This document shows, in pieces, positions 37,024-49,563 of a DNA stretch of 64,000 bases (position 1 is the stretch's first letter; each line of letters opens with the position of its first letter). The notes beneath the pieces are model-generated. The model was not told where the DNA came from. It saw nothing but the letters and a program-made list of their open reading frames with translations, and did not search any database. A program made the translations under genes and the position numbers. The stretch is from Marsupella aquatica (Eukaryota > Plantae > Marchantiophyta). Location of the stretch: positions 10,235,660 through 10,299,659 of the forward strand of contig OZ316893.1 in assembly GCA_973895155.1 (NCBI GenBank). Direction: 5' to 3'.

Positions 37024-40000
37024 AAATTTTCCAGATCTGCCCTAGCTTGATCACCCCTCTCTGGTCCAATTGGACTCTGTACTTTAGTGCACTCCCTGAT
37101 TTTACTTGGTCAGAGAGGTATGTTGTGGAGAGCTTGAGGAAGTGTTGTACAAGCTCATTCCGGTTTTCAACTGTTGGAATAAAACTGTCTTCCACCATAC
37201 AATAAGAAGGAATAATATTCTGGTCAAGCATTCCTGGAAACTGCAAAAATGATATAGAGAGGGTCCCGCCACCCATGTTGTCAAATAACCTGCTCAAAAG
37301 CCTGTCTCCATAAGAACGTGAAAACTTCAGGATGGTTGTTTTCACTACTTGTTCCTGAAGAATAATGGAATTAGTGCACCGTTTGTTGTCCAAACTAGTG
37401 TATCCCAGTGGTAGCACCATGATTGAATCCCGTGCTGTCACCGTGCCAAATCTCCGAGGTAGCTGCTTTTTTTTTTTCAAATGTGGAAATATATGAAACC
37501 CCACAGAAAGGGAAAAGTGAACCACAATAGTTGAACCCAAGATCTATTAGTCTCTATTCAAAAGAGCTACCACAAAGTCATGCCTCTCTGGCTGAGGCAG
37601 CTGCTTTTACACACATACTCCCTCCAAAGTGGGGTTCATCAAAGTCTCTTTGCACAAAAAGGCACTCCCAGGTGAGGTTCACCAAAGCCCAGCAAAGTCC
37701 CTCTGCAGAAGAAAAGCTGGACACTTAGGAGACTTTTGAATGCTATTCTTCCATCAGTAGCAACAATGAAAATGGGCACCTGGCAGCTTCCAAGAAGAGG
37801 GACCCAAGGTGGAGCTAGTATTTCAGTTTCCAAGCCAGAAAGAATTGTCTCCCCGGTTACTGTTCACTCACTGCAAACCTTGAGTTCCATTGCATACACC
37901 ACTGCTAAATTGTGTAGCCCAAAATGTGTCAGGTCGAGAGAAAATAAATGGAAGTTCATGAACAGAAATGGAGCAAGCAGTCCATCCTTCAGACCACCTC
38001 AAAAGGTGGTCTAAGTTTCTGATTAAAAAAACATGGTCACATCTTCAGCACAAACGGGAGCTGTCCATTCTTTATTAGACCTCAAGATGGAGACTAAGTT
38101 TTTGATTTAAAAAACATGGTCACATCAGCAAAAGGAGCCCCACCAGCAGGTGACTAGGATAAATAAAGGTTTGTCAAGATTGTGCCCCAAAGTACATGTA
38201 AGAGTTTGGTCACTTCTCACATTTGATTGGCATTGATTACATTCCAGACAGAAAGAAAAGACTGGTTCTTGGAAAGCCCCCCTTTTGTAGGCCCAGGAAG
38301 CACTCTCAGAGCTCACCTTATGACGTGTTTTAATTTACTACCCATGACTGTGACAGCCTCTATTAAACAATCTCCTTCCAAAAGGAACTGGAAGCTCAAA
38401 AGGAAGTACCAATCAAGTATTGACATGTGCCATTTTATTTTTTGGAATGGTTACCCCCTTACTTAGAAGTAGCAAGGAGTACCCCTTGACTTAATTTTGA
38501 TTTAATGTCAGACGTTTTGGAAATGACCCCAACAGGGGAACCCAATGGAGCTTTCTTCACTGCGGCAAATGACATTTTGAGCTCAAGCCTCTTCAGTAGA
38601 CTGCCTAACTTATAGAAATCATGGGCAAGTGTGGAGCACCCGAGGGGGATTTCATAAGACAATGGGGCCATTCAATGTCTCTCCATTCAAAACAAAGTCC
38701 AGACCTGAATCCTGCCCTGAATAGAAGTGGTTGCTTGCTCTAATCCTTTACACCAGCTCAAGAGGAGGTCTAAGTTTTTTACCAAAACATTTACGCATCA
38801 GCAAAAACGAGGGATCTAGAGGGGGCCCAGCAACGGATGACTAGGTTTGGTAATGGTTTTGCCTGATTCTGCCCCAAAATGGCACATTCATGTGAAGTGA
38901 AGTCTGGTCTGTTCACACATCTGGACAGCTAGGATTGCATCTCACAGTTAGAAAAAAGGAACTCATGTTCCCAAGTTCTTGTAAGGCCCTCCTTAACTGT
39001 GACCCAAGTTGTTATTATTAATGAGTTTCCTAACCTGAGTCAACCTAATCTTACAAATGGAATATAGTAGTGCAGTGTGGATTAGTGCAAGCCAAGCATG
39101 TTGTAAATGCACCAAAAAATGCAGTTTGCATAAGTGCAGGTCAACTCACACTAAACCACCAACACACAAATACATTTTAGTCTATTAATGTACACATGCA
39201 TTTATCAATTACTGCAATGCATAAGTAAGATGCATATCTTGATAAGTGCAGCAAACAGCTCCAAAAGTAAATTCATGCTCTTAACGAGTTAAAATGTGTA
39301 ATATGATGGCTCGGGGTATGCAGAGGCTTCGTGACCCAACAACAAAACAGGGTGCTGAATTTCATGCACTTATTATATGAATTTCATGCACTTATTATAT
39401 AGTGCAGACTATGCACATATGAAGAACTGCATAAAGAAGTGCATAAATGATGTACTGTGCACTTACATCATAGTGCACCCCGTGGATAAGTGCTGGCCGG
39501 TGGTGCCTTCCCGAGAGCACGCATGCCCTTAGACACGGTGCACTGTTTGTCACATCGAGTGTCCAATGATTGAGAGTCATGGATGCGAAATCGAAAAGCA
39601 CACTCGTGTTTCCGAAATTAGTGGAGCGAATGTTGCGGAGTGCTGCTGCAAATTGATTCATTTGATTCATTGTATGGTTAATTAAAGAAAGACCCAGCCA
39701 GCGTTCGAAGTGTCAGGTTGTGGACGTTGTGTCTCGAATCGAATTTCGACCGACGGTCTGTGCGTGCAAATCGTAGACTGCCAGTACTTCTGGAGTCGTC
39801 AGATTCTTTGTCGACAAAGCCTTTGACAGCATCATCCTGACAAAAGCGCACTGAACCTCCTTTTTTAATCTCGGAAGCAAATATCGGAGTAGCACACAAC
39901 GAAGGTGATGCTCAGAATAGATCTCACAAATAGACATGACGCCCACCCAACTCCTTCTCTGCATTGTACCGCACTGAGCATCAACTGTCTATTCTTCTCT

Positions 40001-40548
40001 GCACATTCTTCTCGAACACTCAGCTCCACTGTCCAGTTTGGAGAACTACAGTCCACCGGAAAACACCTCGTGAGTCGTGATGCATCAATCAATCAGGACA
40101 ACATTGTCTTTTATGGTAGTCAGAAGTTGGAACGGATTCCCATGAAGAGCAGCAGGACTGCAGGAGGAGGAACAACAGCTGGGCGTGGGTGGTGAGAATG
40201 CAAGTTAACAACAGAGAGGGTCGAAGAAAGGCAGGATTGATTCACAAGCGGCGTTGGCAGGGATCCTGATCGAGGGAAAATCTTTCGAAGGACGGTCTGG
40301 CCAGGTAGTCAAGGATGATGCCAACAGAACATGGATGATTCTCCTCGAGCTCTACTATACTCAGTGACTGATTTGCAGTATGATGAGCAATGGTTATTCG
40401 GGGTGAATGATTGATGATTGGCAACACTGGTCGATCATGAAAGTTTAGCTCTTCTTTGGGTCCCGCTTTGGATTCAATGCAAGCTTGACAGAGATCGAGC
40501 TAGCTTTAAGGTTGGGAAGGAGCTGGATCTTTAGTGAGGCGAAGAATA

Positions 40549-42350
40549 ATGGAGAAGTTCGTGAGGCTATCCAGTGGATGCCAAATGTATAACAGCAGAG
40601 TTTACTTCGTCCTATGGATCACTGTCTGGCTCCAGTGTGTTGTCGTGAGTCAACTTTTCGTTGCAACAGTAGCCAAGCAGCGAGACGATTTTGAACGGAT
40701 GAACCTCAGGGACTCAATAGCTCGATTCCAGCAGGACCTCGTACAACAAGATCGCGAGCTGCTCCAGGTAAATGTCTACAAATCGAGGTTCTCAGAGAAC
40801 ATTTCATTAGTCCGGCCGGAGCTTGTCTTTCCTAACCCGTTAAGAATTCAAATTCACAGTATTGCCTGTAGATAATTAACTTCCGCGCTAAGTTTAAGGC
40901 AGCCTGAACGAATGCCTTCAATTGTAAAAATCCGAAGTGGCTTAGAAGAGATGGTATTCTACAGACTAGAAACGCAGGACCCAGATTCTCCGGGTCAAAT
41001 GTATCGATTACTGAAGAGATTGTTAGGATTTCGGGAGGTCTCCAGGACCTACCTGATGTGCGATTTGTTTCCTAGGACATCGTAGGAGTTTTTGACAATT
41101 GTATACAATTTTGCTTTCAATCTGGGAAGTCTTTCCCCTAATCAGGACTTCCAATCCGTTGAGTATTTACAGCTTTGACCATCACTCATCTTGCATTGCC
41201 ACAGGTCCAGGACGAGGAGCAGTCGCTAATTGAGGACGAGATTGAGGAAGAGGTAGAGACATGGGTGGAAGGGGACAAATTCTTCACAACACACCCGTAC
41301 CTCCTGGGATCAGTCCCCATTAAAGATTGGGACCAACAGCGGCGGGTTTGGCTGGCCGAGAACCATCACACGAAGACGACAGAAGGTGGAAAACCTCGTG
41401 TATTGCTGATCTCGGGATCCCAAGCAATGCCTTGTGACAATGCAGGAGGGGACCACTTCCACCTGAAAGCTCTCAAGAATAAAATAGACTACGCACGGAT
41501 GCACAAATTCGAGATGTTCCACAATTTTTGGTTTCTCGATCCAAATTTCACAGGAGTGTGGTCGAAGCTGCCCATTATTCGCAGCCTGATGTTATCTCAT
41601 CCAGAAACGGAGTGGATGATGTGGATGGACGTCGATGCATTTTTTACCGATATGTTGTTCGAGATTCCGTTCCACTTATACGATCAGCACAACTTCGTGA
41701 TATGGAACTGGATGGGGGGCTTCGAGAAAAAGGATTGGGTGGCACTCAACGACGGGGTCTTTCTGATCCGGAACTGTCAATGGAGTCTCGATCTGATTGA
41801 CAAGTGGTCTCCTTTGGGACCAGTGGGCAAAATCAGAGACGAGGCAGGCAAGTTCCTCTCATCTTTTCTCACCAACAGACGCCCCAACTACGCGGCGGAC
41901 GATCAGTCTGCTCTCATGTACTTGATGCTGACGGACAAGGAGGTTGTGGACAAGGTCAAGTTCATCGAGAGGGAGTACAAGCTCCACGGCTACTGGGTCG
42001 AACTGGTGCCACACTACGAGAAGAACATGGCCAGGTTCTATCCAGGCTTGGGGGATTGTAGATGGCCGTTCGTCACACACTTCACCGGGTGCTCTCCATG
42101 CAGTGGCGGCAACGATCCCGATTACTCGAGGGACATGTGTTGGGAGGGCTTCAACCGAGCTTTCAACTTTGCCGACAACCAAGTGATGGCATATATGGGA
42201 TTCCGACACAAAGATCTCTCCTCGGTAGAGTTGGTCCGAACCTGGAATGAAACTGCACAGCCCCTAGTGTATGTAGGCCTTAACCCCTGGAGCGATCGGC
42301 TTGCCGATGTTGCGGGAGCAGGACACCCAGACGACTGTTACAGTTTCTGA
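40549..42350 (+). CDS. CAZy GT34 glycosyltransferase (xyloglucan xylosyltransferase / galactomannan galactosyltransferase family), type II membrane protein, 2 exons
   Basis: Exon 1 40549-40767 with transmembrane helix (YFVLWITVWLQCVVVSQLFVATV), intron 40768-41204, exon 2 41205-42350. Motifs WDQQRRVWL, GDHFHLKALKNKIDYARMH, WSKLP, WMMWMDVDA (DxD), LNDGVFLIRNCQWSLD, DDQSAL, RWPFVTHFTGCSPC, RAFNFADNQV. Confidence 0.93.
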
Positions 42351-43069
42351 GCTGAAGCCAGCCAGCCAGTGCATGCAGATCGTGCACTAATAACTGACTA
42401 TCCGCAGCCAGACCGAAAGCCAGAATGGTCAGAGGCTCAGAGCCGTTTTGGAGCAGATCATACGGAGAGTTGGATGGAGTCGCTAACGATGCGGCACGTC
42501 TGCTGATGATCTACATTGTGAGTACAAGTCTGATCTCAAAACATTTCATATGAGCGCATCGCAGATCGGCTTCTGCAGTGAGAGGCCTAAGACTCACTCC
42601 GGCCGTCCAAATTCACTCGTTCGCCAACAAAGAAATAGATGAACGCTAGCATATCCATGTACAATCTCTCATATATTGGTCAATGTAGGAAAAACTCAGT
42701 CATTCAGACTGACATACAAATTTGTTATTCAAGAGTATATGATCTACAAGTTTTTCGTGCCGGTCTGCCGTGTGCCCTATTCTCTCAGCGTGAATCACAT
42801 TACGGATGAGAAACCTGAAGCTCTGAACGATGTCTTATTCTCGGACTTTGAATTGAACCCTCACACATTCGATTGAGTACCGTAGGTGACTCTGCTGCAT
42901 TGGGTTTGCTTTGAGTCAGGGATCTGCAACATTTTCATATAATTCCTGCTTGCAATTAGTGAACGGGGAGCTTCGCGGTCCAGCACTTGGTATGTGCGAC
43001 GGTGGTACGTTAAGTGTTTCCAGTTGAGCTGTGTTTGTGATGCTCACAAATTGTGAAGAGTCTGTTCCG

Positions 43070-43280
43070 CAGTAGTAATTAGCGAGTAACCAAAATTGAC
43101 TTAAAATTGAAGCCCCGAGTATGAAGAACTCTCAAAAACTCGCTAGTTAGTTTTCCTTTCACACATTAGCCAGCATGACTAACAAGTCGCTGCGAAGTAG
43201 TCATTAGTGAAGAACCAAATTTGACTTGAAATCGAGAGAAATCTCAGTTTTCCTTTCACACAGTAGCCAGCCTGAGTAAG
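43070..43280 (+). repeat. Degenerate tandem duplication of about 100-125 bp
   Basis: AACCAAA(A/T)TTGACTT(A/G)AAAT and AGTTTTCCTTTCACACA(T/G)TAGCCAGC(A/C)TGA each occur twice. Confidence 0.6.
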
Positions 43281-44039
43281 AATCAGAACATGGACAGCCA
43301 AGCCAGTACAGGAATCCAGTCGTGCTCAAGTATTCAAGTGGATCGCTTCTGCTCAAATAACATTTCAAGGAGATGGGGCAAGTCGTGTAGCAATCTGGCA
43401 GGCAGAATCAAGTTTTCAAGTGGGTCGCCTCCTTCCCAGAGAAAGTGATGAAGTGATGACATCCAGATTCCAGTCAGCAAAGACTCATCAGCACCACCGC
43501 CCTCAATTTGCTTTCGTACCGGAATCGGAAGCAGAGTGGCTAGCTAGGCATCGGGTTGAGCAATGGTTCCTTTAATCAATAGCACCACCTCATCACTTTG
43601 AAGACCGATTGCCACTGACAGCCTCCGGCACCAGTAATTTCCCATTTCTCAAAGCTCCCTGGAAGACGGAATCCTGCCGACAGCAGACAGCTTGATCAGT
43701 GTGTAATCGCCCGATGTGCATCCTTAACAGTGATGACCACTGTAGATGTAATCGACCATTGTGAAGGCTTAATAATGAGTACTGTCGATTCTTCAGTGAG
43801 GTACTCTACAGTAGTAGTCTAGTCAGCTTCGCTGCTTAAAGGAAAGTAGTATTGTTTTTGTAAAGTATTTTGGTTGGATGTCCTCAAAGGAGGGGTGGCT
43901 ACCAGCTTAATTATGAATCTTTTTTTTTCAATTCTTTTTCCAGGTTTTTCTCTTTCCCTCCCTTTATTGGGTCTGTTTGCCTGTGGGATCATGTCTCCCT
44001 GGTGGGAGTTTTTGTCATTTTGGCGGTGTGATATATCAC

Positions 44040-44280
44040 CTTGTGAAGGAGAAGATGTTGGGAGTATTCCTTGTTTAAAAATCCTAGACTGATCTCTGAT
44101 CAGATCTCCCTAGATATCAGAATAGCTGTGAGGTTGTGGCTAGTGGTGTCTGTGGCTAGGTGGAAAACTAGCAAATGGAAGACAAAAAAACCCATCTAAA
44201 TTTTGCCATAAGTGAGTATGACTTTTCAAGGAGGTATCTAGTATTTTTTCTCCACTAGGAAAATGCTGTGGCTACCTCAT
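44040..44280 (+). repeat. Dispersed repeat, related copy at about 53720-53960
   Basis: GTCTGTGG(C/G)TAGGTGGAAAACT(A/G)GC(A/T)AATG at about 44148 and 53822, with flanking similarity. Confidence 0.55.
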
Positions 44281-47200
44281 GAAGCCATCACTTGGAAGGG
44301 GTGGCGCAACCAATAGTCCAATCTTGGTGAGCAATAGCAGGGAGGAGGGAGAAAAAATCTATAAATCTTCAAAGTAGCATTGGCGAACAAGGGTGCCTGG
44401 CATCATAATGACTAGCCCAAATACCAGTGGGTATGCAAAGGAAAGCTAACTGGGTGTGCTCAGACTCCCTAGGCTCATCCCTGTTCACAAGCATGTAGTT
44501 TATACATCAAAATTTGTTGTTACCTGAAAAATTAAAACTTATGATATCACTCTCTCGAGAAGGTCATTAACGGTAGACTTTGATCTCGAGGGTTGTAGTG
44601 TAGATTGTGACTCTAATCCGGATCCATACTATATAAGAAGGACAAGTTAAGTTAAGCCAAAAGCCAAAGCGGGGATGGTGTTGGCTTTTGGCGACCTAAT
44701 GGTCATCTTACTTTAACTTTTTCTTTGTTGACATAGCACACTGAAAAATCAGGGCACAATTTGGCAAATTCTGCACACAAAAAAGGGCTGGAAGATACCT
44801 TATCCAAGGACACGCGATGAAGCAAAGCCTCTCTCCATGATTGTGTAACGCCTGAGAAGGTACAATTATTCATATGCATGGAACGGCTGGAAATGATTTT
44901 GTCCCCACCATCCAAGAGTGCAAAGTGCATAAGGCTAAATCCCCTTTTAATAATGCAATTTTTTTGGGGGCAACAAAAATACTTTTACACTCTGGACGCA
45001 CAAGTGTATGTGTCTAGAGTGTAGCAGCAATTTTGTAGGCTAGTCTAGCTAGAGTAAACTGCTCTGAAGACCAGCCACTGCAACCACCACTATCGAACTA
45101 GATAATTAGAGAATAGAAAGCTGCTCTTGAGGGTCCATACTCTAGAGTGGAACCTCTAGACCCAAATGTGGGGGGCATAACTGAAGTTGGGGGTGTGAGT
45201 GTGAAAGCAGGGATTGGCGGCAGGGTGAGTCTCTAGACAGCAATGTTAGAATGACTGTGATAATCATACCTGCCCAAATTTACTTATGAAGGGAAGCCTA
45301 CCAATTAGGGAAATGTGGCTCAATGAATGGCTCAATTGCGGCCATCTTTTCCTGAAACACTCACAGCTTGCATAGATAGATGTCGAGTGGATTCACAATT
45401 GTAAGTAGGCTACATCATGAGCGCTCTTGCTTGGGATTGGAACGGTTTAGGAATCATCAGTCATAGCCCACTTTATACAACTGAACACAAGATTATATAT
45501 GTACAGAGTGAAAAGTTTGGATTACATCCAGAGGTGATCTAAAATTCTAGACAAAATAAGCACTTCACATCAGTTTTACTTGGACCCACTAGTGTCCACA
45601 AAGGATAGGTAGACACCATAGTTACCTGAATGGGCCCCCCAGTTCTTGAAGCCCAAGTGCAGCTCTTTCCACTCATTATACAATCTAGATTTGATATAAG
45701 AGGGAATCAACAAAAGACAATTGGCCCCCTGTCTTGTAAAGCCACCCTCACTCTTTCTGTGGTCTCAGGGCTCACCAATCTATTTTCCAGATTAGCCCCA
45801 CCAATTCTAGTCCTTCTGCCATCCAGGAGGTTCTCCCAAAGCCTATTTGTGGTCTTGGCTTCAAATGGTTTTCAGAACACCACCGTGGCAAAACTTTCTG
45901 CATTAAGTTTTGTAGGAGGATTTGCACCAGTCCACTAAATGGACTGGCCAGGGGCGAGAATGCCATTTGTGGCACTGTTTTGCCAAAAACCCTACCACAC
46001 CGCCTTGCACTGTTTGGAACACACTGCCCTGCCCTGCCAGATTTTCTTCCTAGCATGCCAGACTTGGTATGCACCAACACCCGGCTTGTTGCATTGCCAT
46101 TGTATTCCAACGGTTGTGATGTGCCAATCTGAAAACATGTGGCGGACATTTTATCATCATTGTACTGTTCTCTGCTGCCTTCCCTTGTGAGAATAGCACT
46201 TCAAGTGGGGATAATGTCCTAGTGCTATTGGCCGACAAACATCCCACTCACCAATGCCCTCCCTACTCACCCTGATGCCAAGTGGCAATGGGTGGGAATG
46301 CTCTAAGGAACAAAACCTCAATGGTTTAACCTTCCAGGTAATAAAACTGGTTAGAGTCTTCGTTCAGAGAAAGAAAAGGTTCAAGGTGATAAATTCACAC
46401 AATCAGATGTTATCAGTTGCACAATAGGACACTGGCCTAATTTTATGATTGGAGTGCTTTTCTATCATCAGACTCATCAGACCAGTTTGTTTCTTTTTTG
46501 CCTTGAAACCAAAAGCTGACCATCCAATAGAGGATAGAGGATCAACTCCAGAGCATGCAACTCTGAAAGGTAGCACACAAGGGGGGTCATACTCAGGAGC
46601 AGGAGGGAGAGGTTTGGACCTGAACCCAAAGGGGACCAGTCGGTTTTGTCTAAGGGTGGCCTGAGAATCGAAGCTTAGTTAGCAGAGCAGTGGTGTAATC
46701 TGTGGAGCACTGGACATGTTGTCTAGTGCACCCCTTTGCCAACTATCTAAAAGACGAAGTCACCCCTGGCACTTACTCTATTGGATCATGAGCTTTGGAA
46801 GCAAACAGGAAAGATAACAGCTAACACTAGTCTGATAGTTCTGAAACGGAAGAGCAAAGTTTCTTCCTGACAGATTTGCACGAGAAACGCACGAGTTTCG
46901 GGGATTATAGCCCAGTTTCGTGGGCCATCATCCAGGCCATCTCCAAGAAGAACTTGTTCCGATTTAGGGTGGGCTTCCTGGCACGGTCGGTGGTTTGTTT
47001 GTGTGAATCTAGCTGATTGTAAGTGTTGGAATGCGAATTTCTTTCTCTTCGCGTAATTCCAATGACGATTTTGGTTATTCTGGAACAAAAATCCGCATCC
47101 GAACATAGAGCTTCAGGTTGGCCATCTATGTAGGTGTGATCTCACCCATGCCCTCTTTCCTGTACGGAATTGTAACAGAATATGCACAGAGATTGGAAGA

Positions 47201-49563
47201 TAATTCGGATCAGTGCAGAGGGTTGCAATGAACCTCTATGGGTGGACCGGTAGTGTTTCAAAGTGGAACCAGTTGCCGCAAGATTTGACTTATTAATTTT
47301 CCCGTCGTCCTCGTGCAAGAAAGGAATTCTTATCCTTTGAAAATGCTTTTGCTGCAGTGAGGGTGAAGGCATCTACCCAGCCATCTGTTGGGGATCTAAG
47401 GACGTGTCGTGATTGTAAGAACCATTCGAATTATCACAAAATTGTCCAAGGACCTGTCGATTTCATACTGCTCATTTTTGGAGGCGAGTTGTCTTAAATC
47501 CAGAAATATGCCGAATTTCAACTGGATGGTTGTAGAGATCGTCCGAATATAAAATGATCTGGCTTGGTGGATTGTCCTTGTAGTATTCAATTTTCTGTCT
47601 TTCCACTTCTACAATGACTAGTCAGCTCCAGACATATCTTACGTGTCGCACAAGATGACTTAGTACATTTTTCAGCTTCCTTCTACAATCTTTTGGTAGG
47701 CAGCACTGAGAATGAGGTTTCTGAACCTGTCTACCTATCTCAGCCAGCAATCTGCGCATTGGCAGCTCTTGCACGAGCTTTTGGGGCACAATCATCAGTT
47801 GACAATTCGCGGTGACACTTGTAAACTATTTGCAAATCGTACTACCATTAAGTTTCTTGAACACAAGTTTTCATCGTGAGCAGGTTAAAGTTTGTCAGAA
47901 TTACCCGATATTCGAATTACCCAATATTGACATTGTTGTGGAAGCAACGATCCCTTTGATCCAGGATGCGAGGCAGCTCCTCATTCAATGTATGAAGATT
48001 AAGAACACCTAGATCGAGTTCAGTTTGAGTGCGAGCAAAGTTTGTTATGCACAATGCACGATGTGATGCAGCTTCTTGTACAACCTTGGATCCCCTAGGT
48101 ACTTTCGTGAGATCCGACTAAGACCCCTCAATGCTGTTGGGGTAAGGTGGCTCACCCCTCCAACTACGTAGGGGCCTCGTGTCGTCGTGTGGTGGCTGAA
48201 AGTCTTGTTTAGTCTTACGAGTCAGTCGAGTAATTCATTCCTTTTTAAAAAATGTTTATCACAAGAGAAGTGCAGAAATACTACTTTCCCATCGTATGAG
48301 GCAAACGCTATCATGACCTGATTGAATGCCAAATGTCTCCCGTGCGATATACACCTCTGATCCATTGCCAGGCTCAGAAAATGCCTTACCTCGACAGCAT
48401 AGATCTTACCGATCGTAATCTACATCGGCTCTCTCTGGGAATTCTCTCTCTCGAAAAAGTGTCTCACTCGAGTGAGCAAGAGCTCTCGCCCCGTCGACCC
48501 GAGAATCTAAAGAATAGGAAGCCAGTATGATCCCCGCACTTGCAGAACGCGAATGTTTTTGAAGGAAAGCTCCAGGGATATGTTCAGGGTAATTTCATCA
48601 AGGATATCTGGAAGAAGTAGCTCCAAATCCTCTGCAGGGAACGAATCCACACATGCTCTCAAGTCTTGCACCCTGCGAGCCTATATAGAGTCACGACCTT
48701 CTTTTACTATTAGTACACTTTCCCTTTCTATGGTTGTCTCAAGTACAGTACTTGTATTATCAACTATTGCTATCCTCGAAACTTTCTCTGCTTCAATTCT
48801 TCGAGTTTTCACATCGCTTATTAAACATATTTGAGTAAACGTTATGATTACTGCACTGGCTCGGAATTAAGAGCGGAAGGTTCCTGGCTCACGCTTTTTC
48901 ATCCCGGCTGATGCCGCTCACTTTTTCATCTTGATCCACAGATTTGCAAATCTGAACTTTTTCCTATTACAGTGGAATGACATATTGTTGCTAAGTGAGA
49001 TTCTCTTTCCAATATGCAGACACAAGATTTCCCAAGAAAACTTCCAGTCAAGCGCAAGCACTGAAACACTTCGATCCCTGTTGTATCCCACGCCATAAAC
49101 GCTTTCATTGTGCAGAAGGGGATCAACCTTTGCATTCGCCTTCAGACCTCCAGAAATCACTCAAGAAGTCAGAATTTGACAATCTTAGAATATCTCATGT
49201 TATGCCATATTAAACTCACTCACTCACTGGTGTGCTACTCCGTAACACTAAATTTGTATTGATGTAAATTCCTAAGATAGGCATGAGGCACTTTGTGCTT
49301 AACTGAAATTCTTTACACTAGAGAGATACAAAGATTTTTTAGCAGTGCTACAGTTGAGGAGTTCAACGAAGCATTGAAGAACATCATCGACTGCAATTGC
49401 TTTGTGGGTCAAAGGTTGAAAATATGGGGCGGCTTTGAAGAGATTCATCGTAAATTTCCTCATCGCTACGTTGACAACACTTTCTCATAGATTTCATAAT
49501 AGGATCTGAAGACTCTCACAACCCTTCTTAAGTCGCACAATACTTCCATCACGTGTCGTTTGA

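Noticed and set aside
37019-37540. 173-aa minus-strand ORF next to the solo LTR
   Set aside because: No recognisable motif, non-ATG start and no copia similarity.
43600-43680. Minus-strand SVFQGALRNGKLL resembling kinase subdomain I-II
   Set aside because: No GxGxxG, VAVK or downstream kinase motifs.
46780-48700. Splice-site-like signals on the minus strand, including a possible 14-nt micro-exon at 47146-47159
   Set aside because: No coherent reading frame could be assembled; needs transcript data.
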